Counted from the stretch's first letter, positions 1 to 9,656 are shown. The stretch: DNA of 64,000 nt from a virus (IMGVR_UViG_2791355224_000001:20216-84215); one strand, 5' to 3'. The notes: a model not told the origin generated them from the letters alone. Program-made: numbers and translations.

Positions 1-98
1 TTCGGGATTGGGCGCTATTTTTTTTTTTGCAAAAAAGTGAGCGAGACGTGACTAGTCTCCGTTGAGATAATTGTAGGAGGAAATATTTTCGCGAAAAG

Positions 99-138
99 TG
101 TGCGGAATTGAAGCGAACTTTCTATATAGCGATATGAG
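99..138 (+). promoter_or_regulatory. Repeated promoter-like motif, copy 1
   Basis: TGTGCGG-N14-TTCTATATAG-N4-ATGAG; same spacing as copies at 9005 and 19117. Confidence 0.6.
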
Positions 139-199
139 CGTAAATTTCCACTAACTTGCGAGACCTCGACAAAAAGTAGAGGCGAAAGGAGGCGTAATA

Positions 200-729
200 T
201 TGGACGCTCGGGACCGATTGGAAGCCCATCTAATTTGGAGATCGCACGTTGCTTTGAGATATCAGAGTCCTATGAAACGTATAAGAGATTTTTAAGAGCT
301 TATGGTATCCCCTACCGCTATATAGATCGTAACTATGGAGGAAGAGAGGCCATTTCACAGGGGTATGACTTTGAGCGGAGGTTAGGCAATATTCTTAGCA
401 TTATTTACCCGGTTGTAGAGCAGTGGCCAAAAATAGGAATCTGTATTCCAGATTTTATAATAAACGGCTCAGAATAGGTTGACGCTAAACTAAGCGCCCA
501 TAGTGTGCGTGACTCCCGGTGCCGGACGGTTGAGAAATACGAAGAGGAGGCAGATGTTCTGACGATTTACTACGCTCGTGGAAAAAGGGAGCCGTTTAAG
601 TACGGGATTGCTAACGTACTTCACGTATCCGCATTGTTTCCTGCACTATTGGCCGCTGGGCGTCCTGACTTAATAGCGGACATGAAGAAATTTATATCCA
701 GCGTTTCTTTTAAGGAGGAGGTTGCATAA
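200..729 (+). pseudogene. Disrupted PD-(D/E)XK-type nuclease gene
   Basis: AAAGGAGG then TTG at 200 opens a short frame. ORFs 235-477 and 505-729 share a frame separated only by TAG 475-477; read through they give IPDFIINGSE*VDAKLS, a PD...DxK motif. Confidence 0.55.
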
Positions 730-1163
730 TGACCAGCAATGCTCAGGTGGAACAAAAACTCGTCAGCATCGAATCCCAAACGGAATACTCCGTAACTTCC
801 GGGGCAACCGAAACGCGCATCTTTGTAAAAATGTACGTGGATGCCGCAAAAGCGGGTCTCATAGCGGATATGGGCGCCCAGAATTGGACGACACTTTGCG
901 TGATCGCTTCGTTTATGGATGCGGCCGGTAACTGCTATCCAACGCAGGAGCAGATTGCGCGATACCTCGGAGTTAACCGACAGACAGCGAACAAGTACGT
1001 ACGTAATCTCGTAAACTATCGGTGGCGGGGGCATCCAGTGATTCGCGCAATTAGAAAAAGGGGCGAGGGGAGTGGGCGCTGGGAAAATACGCGCTATACA
1101 GTTCTTCCTATCAGTCAGCTTGCGATATTCAATGCGGAACCAGGTGCTCTTGATAGCGGCTAA
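729..1163 (+). CDS. Winged-HTH protein, phage replication-initiator N-terminal type
   Basis: GNCYPTQEQIARYLGVNRQTANKYVRNL (HTH_36-like); strong SD AAGGAGGAGG. Confidence 0.75.
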   Translation: MTSNAQVEQKLVSIESQTEYSVTSGATETRIFVKMYVDAAKAGLIADMGAQNWTTLCVIASFMDAAGNCYPTQEQIARYLGVNRQTANKYVRNLVNYRWRGHPVIRAIRKRGEGSGRWENTRYTVLPISQLAIFNAEPGALDSG

Positions 1164-1458
1164 GTCCATGTCCGCGTGCACCGACATGGTGATCACCAAC
1201 TTGGTAAATGTGGCACTAACTATAATCACTATTAACTAGAGCCATTAAGAACTAGATAAATAATACCGAATGATTTAAGACTCTATCGCTTCGGAAATAA
1301 ATTTCCTTGCGAGACGATTAATAAATAAACCAATAACGAAACACTTAGCGTTCCTAGATAAGATATTGATGGATTAGATACGCGAAGAAGTTTATTCGAA
1401 GAAGAAAAACCCTAACGGACCCGGCCGCGCGCCGCCCGTAAGAAACGGAGGCCCCACG

Positions 1459-2142
1459 ATGACTTACGCACCAACCCGCACCTTTCCCGATAACCCGCTT
1501 CTCGGTCCGCTATCTCGCGCCGACTTCATTACCGCCAATTTGCCGCTCGTCCACAAGGTCGCGAGCCGTTACGTTACTGTTTCCCGTGCTTTTCGCGTGG
1601 AATTAGCGGACATTATCGGCGAGGGGAGTATCGGACTCATAAACGCTTACGACCGCTATAACGACGCAAAAATCACGTTTGGAACGTACGCTTATAGCCA
1701 AATAAGCGGCCGCATCCAGAATTACTTTCGCGATAAGGTGGGCGACGTTAGTATCCCCGCGCGCTTGGTCGAATTGTCGCGCAAAGTTATCACCGACAAC
1801 CTTGAAGACGCATCCCCGGAAGTGATCGCGGAGAGCCTCGGCATTAGCGTGAATAGAGCGAAGAATGCTGCCATGTGTGCCAAGGCCCGGTTTGCCTCAC
1901 CGATCGACAACGTGGACAATGACGCTAGTATCTTCGCGAGAGTTGATGATGTTAGCCACGTTGATGTCGCCCAGTTTATCGGTAAGCAGCCGGAACGACA
2001 GCGCCAGATCGCACGCTTATTACTAGCCGGTAAGACAAATCGCGAGATCGCGTCAGTAATCGGAGTCAGCCAGGGGCGCGTTACGCAGCTTATCACCCGT
2101 CTACGTAAAGACTGCGCTGCAGAGTTCGAAATTGCCGCTTAA
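1459..2142 (+). CDS. Sigma-70 family sigma factor, SigB/F/G-like
   Basis: Region 2 (NLPLVHKVASRY...GSIGLINAYDRY...FGTYAYSQISGRIQNYFRD), region 3 HTH, region 4 (TNREIASVIGVSQGRVTQL). Confidence 0.9.
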   Translation: MTYAPTRTFPDNPLLGPLSRADFITANLPLVHKVASRYVTVSRAFRVELADIIGEGSIGLINAYDRYNDAKITFGTYAYSQISGRIQNYFRDKVGDVSIPARLVELSRKVITDNLEDASPEVIAESLGISVNRAKNAAMCAKARFASPIDNVDNDASIFARVDDVSHVDVAQFIGKQPERQRQIARLLLAGKTNREIASVIGVSQGRVTQLITRLRKDCAAEFEIAA

Positions 2143-2168
2143 TAAAAATCGAAACGGAGGTATTACGC

Positions 2169-2522
2169 ATGTCTAAATTAAACGTACAGCTTAACGCCAA
2201 CTACCGCTTAACAACGGACGGGACGCAGTTCATCCTCAAACAGCGCAAGCTCGTAGACCCCACGAAAGCGCCCGGCTACAAGCCTGAACCAGGCGTTCCG
2301 TCTCCGGAGCTCCGCGAAACCTGGCCGGACGCAGGCTATTACTCGTATACGCCGGGCGGCCTCAGTGCGCTGATTAATCACGTTGTAATCGCGTCTGCAG
2401 CCGACAGTGATACGGAAGAGCTGACGGAGTTTACCGAGCTTATCCGTGCGGAGTCGGAGAGGTTAGCCGAAGCTATTAACGCAGGGTTTAAGCGTGAAAT
2501 TACCGTTAAATTAGGCGCGTAG
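2169..2522 (+). CDS. Hypothetical phage protein
   Basis: 117 aa ORF with GGAGG SD in the early operon. Confidence 0.75.
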   Translation: MSKLNVQLNANYRLTTDGTQFILKQRKLVDPTKAPGYKPEPGVPSPELRETWPDAGYYSYTPGGLSALINHVVIASAADSDTEELTEFTELIRAESERLAEAINAGFKREITVKLGA

Positions 2523-2599
2523 GGCTTGTGGCAGGGTGTTCGGTAGGGTAACGGGGAAGGACGCTGATATGCGCTGAAAACGAGCAGTTAGAATGGAAG

Positions 2600-2621
2600 C
2601 ACCGCATTTACACCGCATTTA
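2600..2621. repeat. Tandem 11-bp repeat CACCGCATTTA x2
   Basis: Exact tandem copies, followed by TCCCCCA twice. Confidence 0.85.
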
Positions 2622-2677
2622 TTCCCCCAAATCCCCCACGATTTTTGATACGCTTTAAATGACGAAGGAGGTAGCGA

Positions 2678-2746
2678 ATGAACGGAACATTCGAAACAGT
2701 TGACGATATTCTCGATTATTACAACGAAAGGGGCGACGCGAAATGA
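2678..2746 (+). CDS. 22-aa small ORF (MNGTFETVDDILDYYNERGDAK)
   Basis: AAGGAGGT SD; stop overlaps next start (ATGA). Confidence 0.55.
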   Translation: MNGTFETVDDILDYYNERGDAK

Positions 2747-3088
2747 GTGACGTTAAGAAACCGACTATTCCCATAGAGGTTGCGAACGTTATCGAGGAGT
2801 TACGCGTTAGGGAGTACGATAATGCTGGACTTATCTCTATAGCCCTGCGGACAGGCGGCGGACTTCACAACGATACCAAAAACGATGCAGACAATTCCGT
2901 TCGACACGCTGCTGGCCACGTTGGTTAACGGATATGAGCGGGAGCTGACGGAGGAGGAACGTGCTTACGCTGCGATACGTGAAGAGTACGCAGAACTGTC
3001 CGATACCGAATTCGCAGAAGGATATGACGCTGGTATTGAATTTACGCTCAACACGCTCGGAATAAAAATCGGAGGGGTGAACGCTTAA
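2743..3088 (+). pseudogene. Phage protein apparently split by a 1-nt shift in an A run
   Basis: ORFs 2743-2928 and 2885-3088 join as ...LHNDTK/TMQTIPFDTLL if one A is removed from accAAAAAcg near 2880; second ATG has no SD. Confidence 0.55.
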
Positions 3089-3298
3089 ATGAGCGTACTT
3101 AAATCAGTAATTCAGCGTGCAGTTCCGTTTCTTGAGAAAGCCGCAATTATCTACTTTGTTACGGGATTACTTCTAGCGTTCATTGTCTGGGTGTTCGCCG
3201 CCATCAAATTAGGGACGTTCGTACTAACGATCATTTTCGGACCTATCCTATCCGTAGTACTCATATTCATGTGGATCATAGCGGGATTCCCTATATGA
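3089..3298 (+). CDS. Small two-TM membrane protein
   Basis: Two hydrophobic stretches; follows GGAGGGG SD. Confidence 0.6.
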   Translation: MSVLKSVIQRAVPFLEKAAIIYFVTGLLLAFIVWVFAAIKLGTFVLTIIFGPILSVVLIFMWIIAGFPI

Positions 3299-3582
3299 AA
3301 TCAGCAGTGAGGCAATTCTCAATATAATAATGAAAATATGCGAACGGCCGAGATAAACGGAGCATAAACGAGATTGCGTCGTTTGCGTGAAATTCGGAGA
3401 TGTTACGAAAAATCGTAGTTAAGCGGAAATTATTCGATCTCGTGATTATGAAAACCGATCTTAAGTCGGAAAAATTGGACACAAACGAAGGTACACGAAA
3501 ATAGATTCAGGAAGACAAAACGGACGAATTTGGCGTTCGACCTATTTACGCATATCATTTTATAATCGGAGGTGTCAGACGG

Positions 3583-4101
3583 ATGACAACGGAAACTAAA
3601 CGGGATTTGGCGGCAGACCTAGCGATATGCGAGGCGGCAACGCCGGGACCTTGGCGGAGACTCGCGAAATATGAATGCGCAGTTGTTAACACCGACACTT
3701 TTGCGGAAGTCATAAGCGCAAGGGGAGACGATGCGGTATACGTAGACATTGAACCAGAGGATGAACGCTTTATTCTCGAATCCCGCGAAGGCTGGCCGCA
3801 CGCAATCCGGCGGGCAATAGCGGCCGAGGCGGAGGTTGGGCGACAAAAACAGTCGTACCGTAAACTACGTGCGTTACACGACGAACAGTGCGCAAGGGCT
3901 TCGGAATATTACGCAGAAATGAAAACCCTGCGCGACCACGTAATGACCGTATACCAAAAGGCGCGGAATGACTGCGCACGATGGGACGGAGGTCAATGCG
4001 TTGGTCTTCCGGTATTCCAAGATCGTGCCTTCGCCAGGCGATTAGTTCGCGACTTAGAGCCGATTCTATTTCCGGAGGTGCCTGCGGATGCCGCGTCCTA
4101 A
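3583..4101 (+). CDS. Ea22/Ead-like hypothetical phage protein
   Basis: N-terminal DLAICEAATPGPW motif typical of phage early proteins; GGAGGTG SD. Confidence 0.7.
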   Translation: MTTETKRDLAADLAICEAATPGPWRRLAKYECAVVNTDTFAEVISARGDDAVYVDIEPEDERFILESREGWPHAIRRAIAAEAEVGRQKQSYRKLRALHDEQCARASEYYAEMKTLRDHVMTVYQKARNDCARWDGGQCVGLPVFQDRAFARRLVRDLEPILFPEVPADAAS

Positions 4102-4492
4102 AATAACCGCTGAGCAACGCAAGGACTGGCGTAACCTCCCGCTTGAGCACTGGAATGTTCGTACTGTTCACGCAATGGTTATCGATCTAAATGCGGAGAA
4201 GTTCGGTGTCGATACGTACATTCCCCTCCGCGGTTGGGCGTTCGAGCAGGGCGTAATCAAGCGCGCTCTCACAGATTACGGTCCGGCAGCTCTACGCGAG
4301 ACGATTGAACGAGCCTTCGCGGAGTATCGGCCGAGTCCAGAATATCCGCAATTGACAGCGGGCTTTCTGATTGCGTACATGCTACCGCGGATTATGCCGC
4401 AGGTGCTGGCGGAGATGAAGCGGAAAGAGCAGGCGGAGGCAAGGCCGGCTAATGGCGGGATGAGCACGGAGGAGCTGGCGGGTTGGTTGTGA
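4088..4492 (+). CDS. Phage replication-associated protein upstream of helicase loader
   Basis: GGAGGTG SD; position before the DnaC-like ATPase. Confidence 0.65.
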   Translation: MPRPKITAEQRKDWRNLPLEHWNVRTVHAMVIDLNAEKFGVDTYIPLRGWAFEQGVIKRALTDYGPAALRETIERAFAEYRPSPEYPQLTAGFLIAYMLPRIMPQVLAEMKRKEQAEARPANGGMSTEELAGWL

Positions 4493-4581
4493 CGTTCGCA
4501 ATTTAGACACGCGAATAAGTATTTACTCGGATTTACGCCAATCCATCCGCGATCTAAACTTAATTACGAAGGAGGAACGCA

Positions 4582-5361
4582 ATGGGTTCGAGGACACACG
4601 CAGACAACTGTATATTAGCAATGCACTGTACTCTTGCTGGCACCAATAAGTGTAACGCACTCTGCTCGTCTTACATCGCTTGTCACGGCTATAACGGAGC
4701 AGGCGGCCGGATAGCAAACGCAGGTTTGCCGGAAGAGTATCGGCTCGTCACGCTGCAGAACTCGCCAGTACGCACAGATCAGGCGGAGGCTTATACGGTT
4801 ATAGATTCGTACGTTAACACTTTCCAGCGTCAGTTTGGTGAAGTTGCTTCGGACAGGCAGCGAATCAAATCGCTATATCTATTCTCGCTCGAACCTGGCA
4901 CCGGTAAGACCACGTCAGCGGCCGCAATCCTTAACGAATATATCACGCGCCATTATATCGGATCGTTCCAACGCAACAGGCAAGCGTTGGAACGTCCGGC
5001 GTACTTTCTCGACGTTAACGCATGGCAGACGTTATTCCTCGGATTTAACCGTAGTCACGTGCCGCAGGAGACCGCGGAGCCACTTGCCGCAGAGTATTAC
5101 GCAATGGAGCAGCGCGCCAAAGCCGCTCCGTTTGCGGTACTCGACGATATTGGCGTACGGTCGGCGTCCGAAGCGTTTCGGGCGGACCTGCACGGCGTGA
5201 TTAATCATCGCGTAGCTAGTGCGCTGCCGACCATCTATACGAGCAACATTCCGATCGAAGAGCTTGCCCAGGTGTTTGACAAACGGCTAGCGGACCGTGT
5301 GCGGGATATGTGCGGAGTGATTCCGTTTAAGGGCGAGAGCAAGCGAGGAATGAGAAAATGA
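4582..5361 (+). CDS. DnaC/IstB-like helicase loader ATPase
   Basis: Walker A EPGTGKT, Walker B AVLDDIG, PTIYTSN, RLADRVRDM; Cys-rich N-terminus. Confidence 0.9.
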   Translation: MGSRTHADNCILAMHCTLAGTNKCNALCSSYIACHGYNGAGGRIANAGLPEEYRLVTLQNSPVRTDQAEAYTVIDSYVNTFQRQFGEVASDRQRIKSLYLFSLEPGTGKTTSAAAILNEYITRHYIGSFQRNRQALERPAYFLDVNAWQTLFLGFNRSHVPQETAEPLAAEYYAMEQRAKAAPFAVLDDIGVRSASEAFRADLHGVINHRVASALPTIYTSNIPIEELAQVFDKRLADRVRDMCGVIPFKGESKRGMRK

Positions 5362-5620
5362 AATTTTAAGTAAACAGGAGCATAAGCGAGCATTCCTGTC
5401 TTACAACCTATATTTTGAGAGTCAAAAAAATTTACTATCTTATTAATAAATGGATATATAAGTAATTTAATACATGGGTATACACCTGTTGAGACCTGTT
5501 TAGACTGTCTTTTTTGTAAGATAATTTGTAAGACAGACATTGCACGAAAAATTAAAAATCAGCTAATTTGAGGTTAGTAAACTTTACACTACTTAGATTA
5601 GAATCGGAGGTGAGCGGTAG

Positions 5621-7009
5621 ATGGCTGTATACGGCGAGCAGCTAATATCAAAGATCGTAGACACCGGCGAAGTTTCAGCGTTGGACAAGTACGGAATCAC
5701 GCGAGATGATTTCCTGACAGATGGTGAGAAACAGGCGTATGATTTCGTTATTAAGTACGGACGGGATAACGGAGGGCGGGCCCCTTCGTACGCCAGTCTC
5801 ACCGCTGAGTGTCCGGACATTACGTATATACCAGGCGTAACCGACTCCTTTGCATACTTAGCCGAGCGGATAAAAGATGCGTCGGGGAAACGTAATGTTG
5901 CCGAGTTGTTCAACGGAAAAGTGGACGAACAAACGGGAAGGCGTCTTGAGTCAGAGGTGTCAAAGAAATTCCAAGCGCTTGATACGCAAGAGTTTATTAC
6001 ATGGTTGACGAATACTGTCGAAGGAATTAAACTAAAAACAAGAACAAGTGTTCGTATACTGGGTGATATATCCAATGAAACGGACCGTTTTCTAGCGGAA
6101 TACCGCGCACGCAAAGCCGGTGAATCTTACCGCATATGGCTTTCGGCCTTCGCGGCAATTAACGAACAGATCGGCGGTTACCTATCGTCAAACATGTATA
6201 CGTGGTACGCAAGATCCGGACGAGGCAAATCCGTTATCGTCATGGTAGAGGCGATCGAAGCTGCGCTGCAGGGAGCCGTTGTTTTGGTCTACGCACTAGA
6301 GATGTCACGCTTTGAGTGGCTGGCTCGTGCATTCTCGTACTTATCCGCAAAGGCAGGTACGTTCACCGCGCAGATTGCCGGCGTAGATTACGAAGCAGGC
6401 TTTGATAATCGTGCGATGCTCACGGGCCGCCTACCGGAAGAGTACGAACAGCAGCTCGCGGATTTCCTGCGTAATCTCAACGAGCAAATACCCGGCCGCA
6501 TTATCTTACGCGCTACGGATGACGAAGGCTTTACGGACCGCTCCGTGCGCCAGCTTGAGGCGGATATTAACGAGGTGCGCGCGGATGTAGCCGTAGTCGA
6601 TCCGATCTATTACATGGATTACGAGGCGAATACATCTAAAACAGCGGGTGGAGACGCGGCAGCTACGTCGAAAAAACTGCGCCTAATGGCCGGGCGAACG
6701 AGGACAGCGCTTCATGTAATCACGCAGGCTGATGAGAATCCGAACGAAAAGGGCGACGACGGCGTACGCGAGATGAAACCGCCGAAGCGTGCTGAAATCA
6801 AGAAGACGAAGGCGGTCCTGGAGGACGCGGCCAATACGTTCGCCATCGATACTCTGGCGCAGGAAGGACGTGGGATTATTGAACTCGCGAAGGGTCGTAG
6901 CGGTGGGGAAGATACGCGGGTAGAAATCGTGTATTTACCGAATTTCGGTATCGTTCGGGAGATCGTTGATAGCGGGGGAGACAGAGGGCAGTTTGTAAGT
7001 GGATTTTAA
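5621..7009 (+). CDS. DnaB-like (SF4) replicative helicase
   Basis: ARSGRGKS Walker A, YALEM, VVDPIYYM, ITQA, LAKGRSGG. Confidence 0.9.
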   Translation: MAVYGEQLISKIVDTGEVSALDKYGITRDDFLTDGEKQAYDFVIKYGRDNGGRAPSYASLTAECPDITYIPGVTDSFAYLAERIKDASGKRNVAELFNGKVDEQTGRRLESEVSKKFQALDTQEFITWLTNTVEGIKLKTRTSVRILGDISNETDRFLAEYRARKAGESYRIWLSAFAAINEQIGGYLSSNMYTWYARSGRGKSVIVMVEAIEAALQGAVVLVYALEMSRFEWLARAFSYLSAKAGTFTAQIAGVDYEAGFDNRAMLTGRLPEEYEQQLADFLRNLNEQIPGRIILRATDDEGFTDRSVRQLEADINEVRADVAVVDPIYYMDYEANTSKTAGGDAAATSKKLRLMAGRTRTALHVITQADENPNEKGDDGVREMKPPKRAEIKKTKAVLEDAANTFAIDTLAQEGRGIIELAKGRSGGEDTRVEIVYLPNFGIVREIVDSGGDRGQFVSGF

Positions 7010-7061
7010 TTTTGGCGTAATGTATAAGTTTACTATTACGTAATATGTTACGTCTTATATT

Positions 7062-7139
7062 ATGTTTCCTGTTCAGAAACATTGAATCAGGCAATCTTTT
7101 TCAAAGTGTGTTGACACAAGAAACATTTTGGAATATTAT
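7062..7139 (+). promoter_or_regulatory. SigA promoter with palindromic operator for the XRE gene
   Basis: TTGACA(7111)-17-TATTAT(7134); ATGTTTC-N7-GAAACAT at 7062-7082 and another GAAACAT in the promoter spacer. Confidence 0.7.
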
Positions 7140-7187
7140 AGCACTACGAAAGATTTAATAGATTTATATAAAAGGAGACGGCTTAGC

Positions 7188-7667
7188 TTGGATACACTAT
7201 TATTAGGCGAATTTATCAAGGAAGGTAGAAAACGTAAAGGTTTATCGTTGAGAGGTCTTGCGGAAGCTGCCGGAATAAGTCCGTCCCAACTTAGTAAGCT
7301 TGAAAGGGGGCAAGTAAAGTTACCAGAAGACAGGACACTTGAGCGGTTAGCTGAGACATTAAACGTTGATAAATTTGATTTTTTTGCTCTAGCTGGTCGG
7401 GTCTACACTGAAAAAAACGCCGATCCAACAGAAGAGATTTTACAAGGAATTAAAGAGGTTGCTGCATCTTTAGAGGACTTTCGTAATAGCTTCGATGCCG
7501 TTCAGGAAGAATCTGAGGACTTTGGGGAAGCTATCTATCAGTTGTTAAGGAGGAAGATGCAACACCTATCTGAAGATCAAGCCAAAGAGGCTGCGTTAGA
7601 AATGAAGTCGGCCTTTGACCTTTGGGAAAAAAGAACAAGAAATGCACGGATTTTTGGCAGAAAATAA
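7188..7667 (+). CDS. XRE-family HTH transcriptional regulator
   Basis: RKRKGLSLRGLAEAAGISPSQLSKLERG; AAAGGAG SD before TTG 7188; AT-rich. Confidence 0.9.
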   Translation: MDTLLLGEFIKEGRKRKGLSLRGLAEAAGISPSQLSKLERGQVKLPEDRTLERLAETLNVDKFDFFALAGRVYTEKNADPTEEILQGIKEVAASLEDFRNSFDAVQEESEDFGEAIYQLLRRKMQHLSEDQAKEAALEMKSAFDLWEKRTRNARIFGRK

Positions 7668-7684
7668 ATAAAGGGTGTGATTAG

Positions 7685-8623
7685 TTGGATATCCTACGTC
7701 ACATTGAACACTATCCTTGGCGCAATCCCCGCTGGCACCCTCTAAAACTTGAAGCGAGCTCGCCATTTAGACCCGGGGACGACACGCCGTCCTTCTCGGT
7801 TAACCTCGATCCATCTTCGGATAGATACGGGTGGTGGAACGACTGGGGCGCAAAGGAGAAACGTTGGCGTGCAGGCCCACCGGAAAAGTTGATAAGCTTT
7901 ATTTTGAACATAACAGACGAGGAAGCGGCGGAACTCATTTACAAAGGCAGCCACGGAGACCTTGGCACATACATACACATTAGACTCCCAGATCCAGATG
8001 CCAGGGTATGTAAGAAACCGTTAGACATAACTTTTGAACCGCAAGTCTCTGAATATTTGCTGAGCCGCGGAATCTCTGCGGAGGTACAGCGCCTTCATCG
8101 GACAAGCTATGATCCGGCAGCAAAAGCGGTAATCTTGCCGTGGTGGGGAGTAGCGCCAACACCGGACGGTCAACGCTTGCTTAACGTAAAGTACCGGTCG
8201 ACCCGGGATAAGCGCTTCTGGTACGCTCGAAACGGGGCACCTATTCGCGATTTAATCTACGGAATTGACGTCGTGTACCAACGTAGTATTAAACGCGCAG
8301 CAATCGTAGAGGCAGAGATCGATGCGTTAACGTTATGTTCGATGGGAATACCTGCGATTGCAACCGGTGGCGCAGCGTTTAACGAGAAGAAGCGGGATTT
8401 GATCCTGCGCAGTCCAATCGAGGAGATCGTAATAGTCCGGGACAATGACGAAGCGGGCAGACGGTGGCGTAACGATGTTGTGAACGCTTTACGAGGGAAG
8501 GTGCGGATAAGTATCGCTCTTGTGCTACGCGGATATAAGGACGTTAACGAGGCTAGAGGTGTGGGTGTTAGCAAAATACGAACATTAGCTCCCGAATTTC
8601 CTTTTTTAAGGATGACAGTATGA
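7685..8623 (+). CDS. Phage DNA primase (Toprim)
   Basis: IVEAEIDAL and DNDEAG Toprim motifs; N-terminal SPFR..DDTPSF. Confidence 0.9.
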   Translation: MDILRHIEHYPWRNPRWHPLKLEASSPFRPGDDTPSFSVNLDPSSDRYGWWNDWGAKEKRWRAGPPEKLISFILNITDEEAAELIYKGSHGDLGTYIHIRLPDPDARVCKKPLDITFEPQVSEYLLSRGISAEVQRLHRTSYDPAAKAVILPWWGVAPTPDGQRLLNVKYRSTRDKRFWYARNGAPIRDLIYGIDVVYQRSIKRAAIVEAEIDALTLCSMGIPAIATGGAAFNEKKRDLILRSPIEEIVIVRDNDEAGRRWRNDVVNALRGKVRISIALVLRGYKDVNEARGVGVSKIRTLAPEFPFLRMTV

Positions 8624-8716
8624 CGGAAATTGTCGTATAATGGAAATGGTTGAACAAATGGAAACTTTTACTCTAAGGCAAACCAAAAGTTCGCCTTCGC
8701 TGCGCCTATCTTTGAA

Positions 8717-8947
8717 CTACTTTCGCAGGATAACGTACAAGTCACGCGGGCTGTAGTTGCTACCTGTCTTCTCATTAATTATGTCAGTAATAATGATGGA
8801 GTTCAGATAGGAGATTTTAAGATTCCCGTTAGCATACTTTGATATTAATGCTTTGTTAATACCTGTGTAGTCCGCTAGAGTTTGTTGCTTCCAGTTGATT
8901 TCATTCAAGATTTCTATAAGGCGACAGCGACCGAGTTTAAACTCCAT
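8717..8947 (-). CDS. Small XRE/Cro-like repressor, divergent
   Basis: WKQQTLADYTGINKALISKYANG HTH; GGAGG SD. Confidence 0.85.
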   Translation of the reverse strand: MEFKLGRCRLIEILNEINWKQQTLADYTGINKALISKYANGNLKISYLNSIIITDIINEKTGSNYSPRDLYVILRK

Positions 8948-9004
8948 CGTCTGCCTCCAGGATTAATTTCCATAAATTTATCTTAACATATTTTTAGTAA
9001 TATT

Positions 9005-9044
9005 TGTGCGAGTCTCAGTTTTACTTTCTATATAGAAGTATAAG
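9005..9044 (+). promoter_or_regulatory. Repeated promoter-like motif, copy 2
   Basis: TGTGCGA-N14-TTCTATATAG-N4-ATAAG directly before the SD of the sigma-like gene. Confidence 0.6.
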
Positions 9045-9062
9045 TCAAAAGGAGGTTTGCGA

Positions 9063-9656
9063 ATGGTCTTTGAGGATTATTTTAACAAGTACCAACCTGC
9101 TGTAAAAGCAATTAGTCACGCAAGGAGCTTAAGGAGCCGTGTTCCCCGTGAGGAGTTTATCAGTTGCTTGAATGAGGAGTTATGGAGAGCTTTTCAAACA
9201 TTCGATGAATCCAAGGGATGCTCGTTGAATGGTTGGGTAAATAGGCTCTTAGAACAAGCCGCTATTCGTCTTATTAAGTCTAAGGAAGGTAGTTACCACC
9301 GAAACGTATTTAACTTGATCGATGCGGACAAGAGTGAGGAACGGGGAAATAGCGCGCCAACGTTAGAGCCCTGCACTGAGCCAGAGTTCGTTGAGGAAAG
9401 AGTATTCCAAAGGATGCGAAAAAAAGAAGCCGACCAGCGCCAACTGATCGACTTCCTTATACACTCGGGACCTCCCGACGCCACGACGACTGCTATCGTC
9501 GAAGCATTTAAAACAGCGCCAGCCAGCGCCTCGGATACCGCGATCGCCAAATCAATCGGTATCCATCATGAAACCGTTAAACGCAAGCTTCGCAAACTAT
9601 CTCGCCGTTACGACGCCAATCGCTTCGGTGATTTAAACGAATATCTTGCAGTTTAA
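9063..9656 (+). CDS. Sigma-factor-like phage transcription regulator
   Basis: Region-2-like ELWRAFQTFDESKGCSLNGWV and C-terminal HTH DTAIAKSIGIHHETVKRKL; AAAGGAGG SD. Confidence 0.7.
   Translation: MVFEDYFNKYQPAVKAISHARSLRSRVPREEFISCLNEELWRAFQTFDESKGCSLNGWVNRLLEQAAIRLIKSKEGSYHRNVFNLIDADKSEERGNSAPTLEPCTEPEFVEERVFQRMRKKEADQRQLIDFLIHSGPPDATTTAIVEAFKTAPASASDTAIAKSIGIHHETVKRKLRKLSRRYDANRFGDLNEYLAV

Noticed and set aside
31-76. TGAGCGA...GAGACGTGACTAGTCTC as another motif copy
   Set aside because: Only the first block resembles the motif; the downstream block differs.
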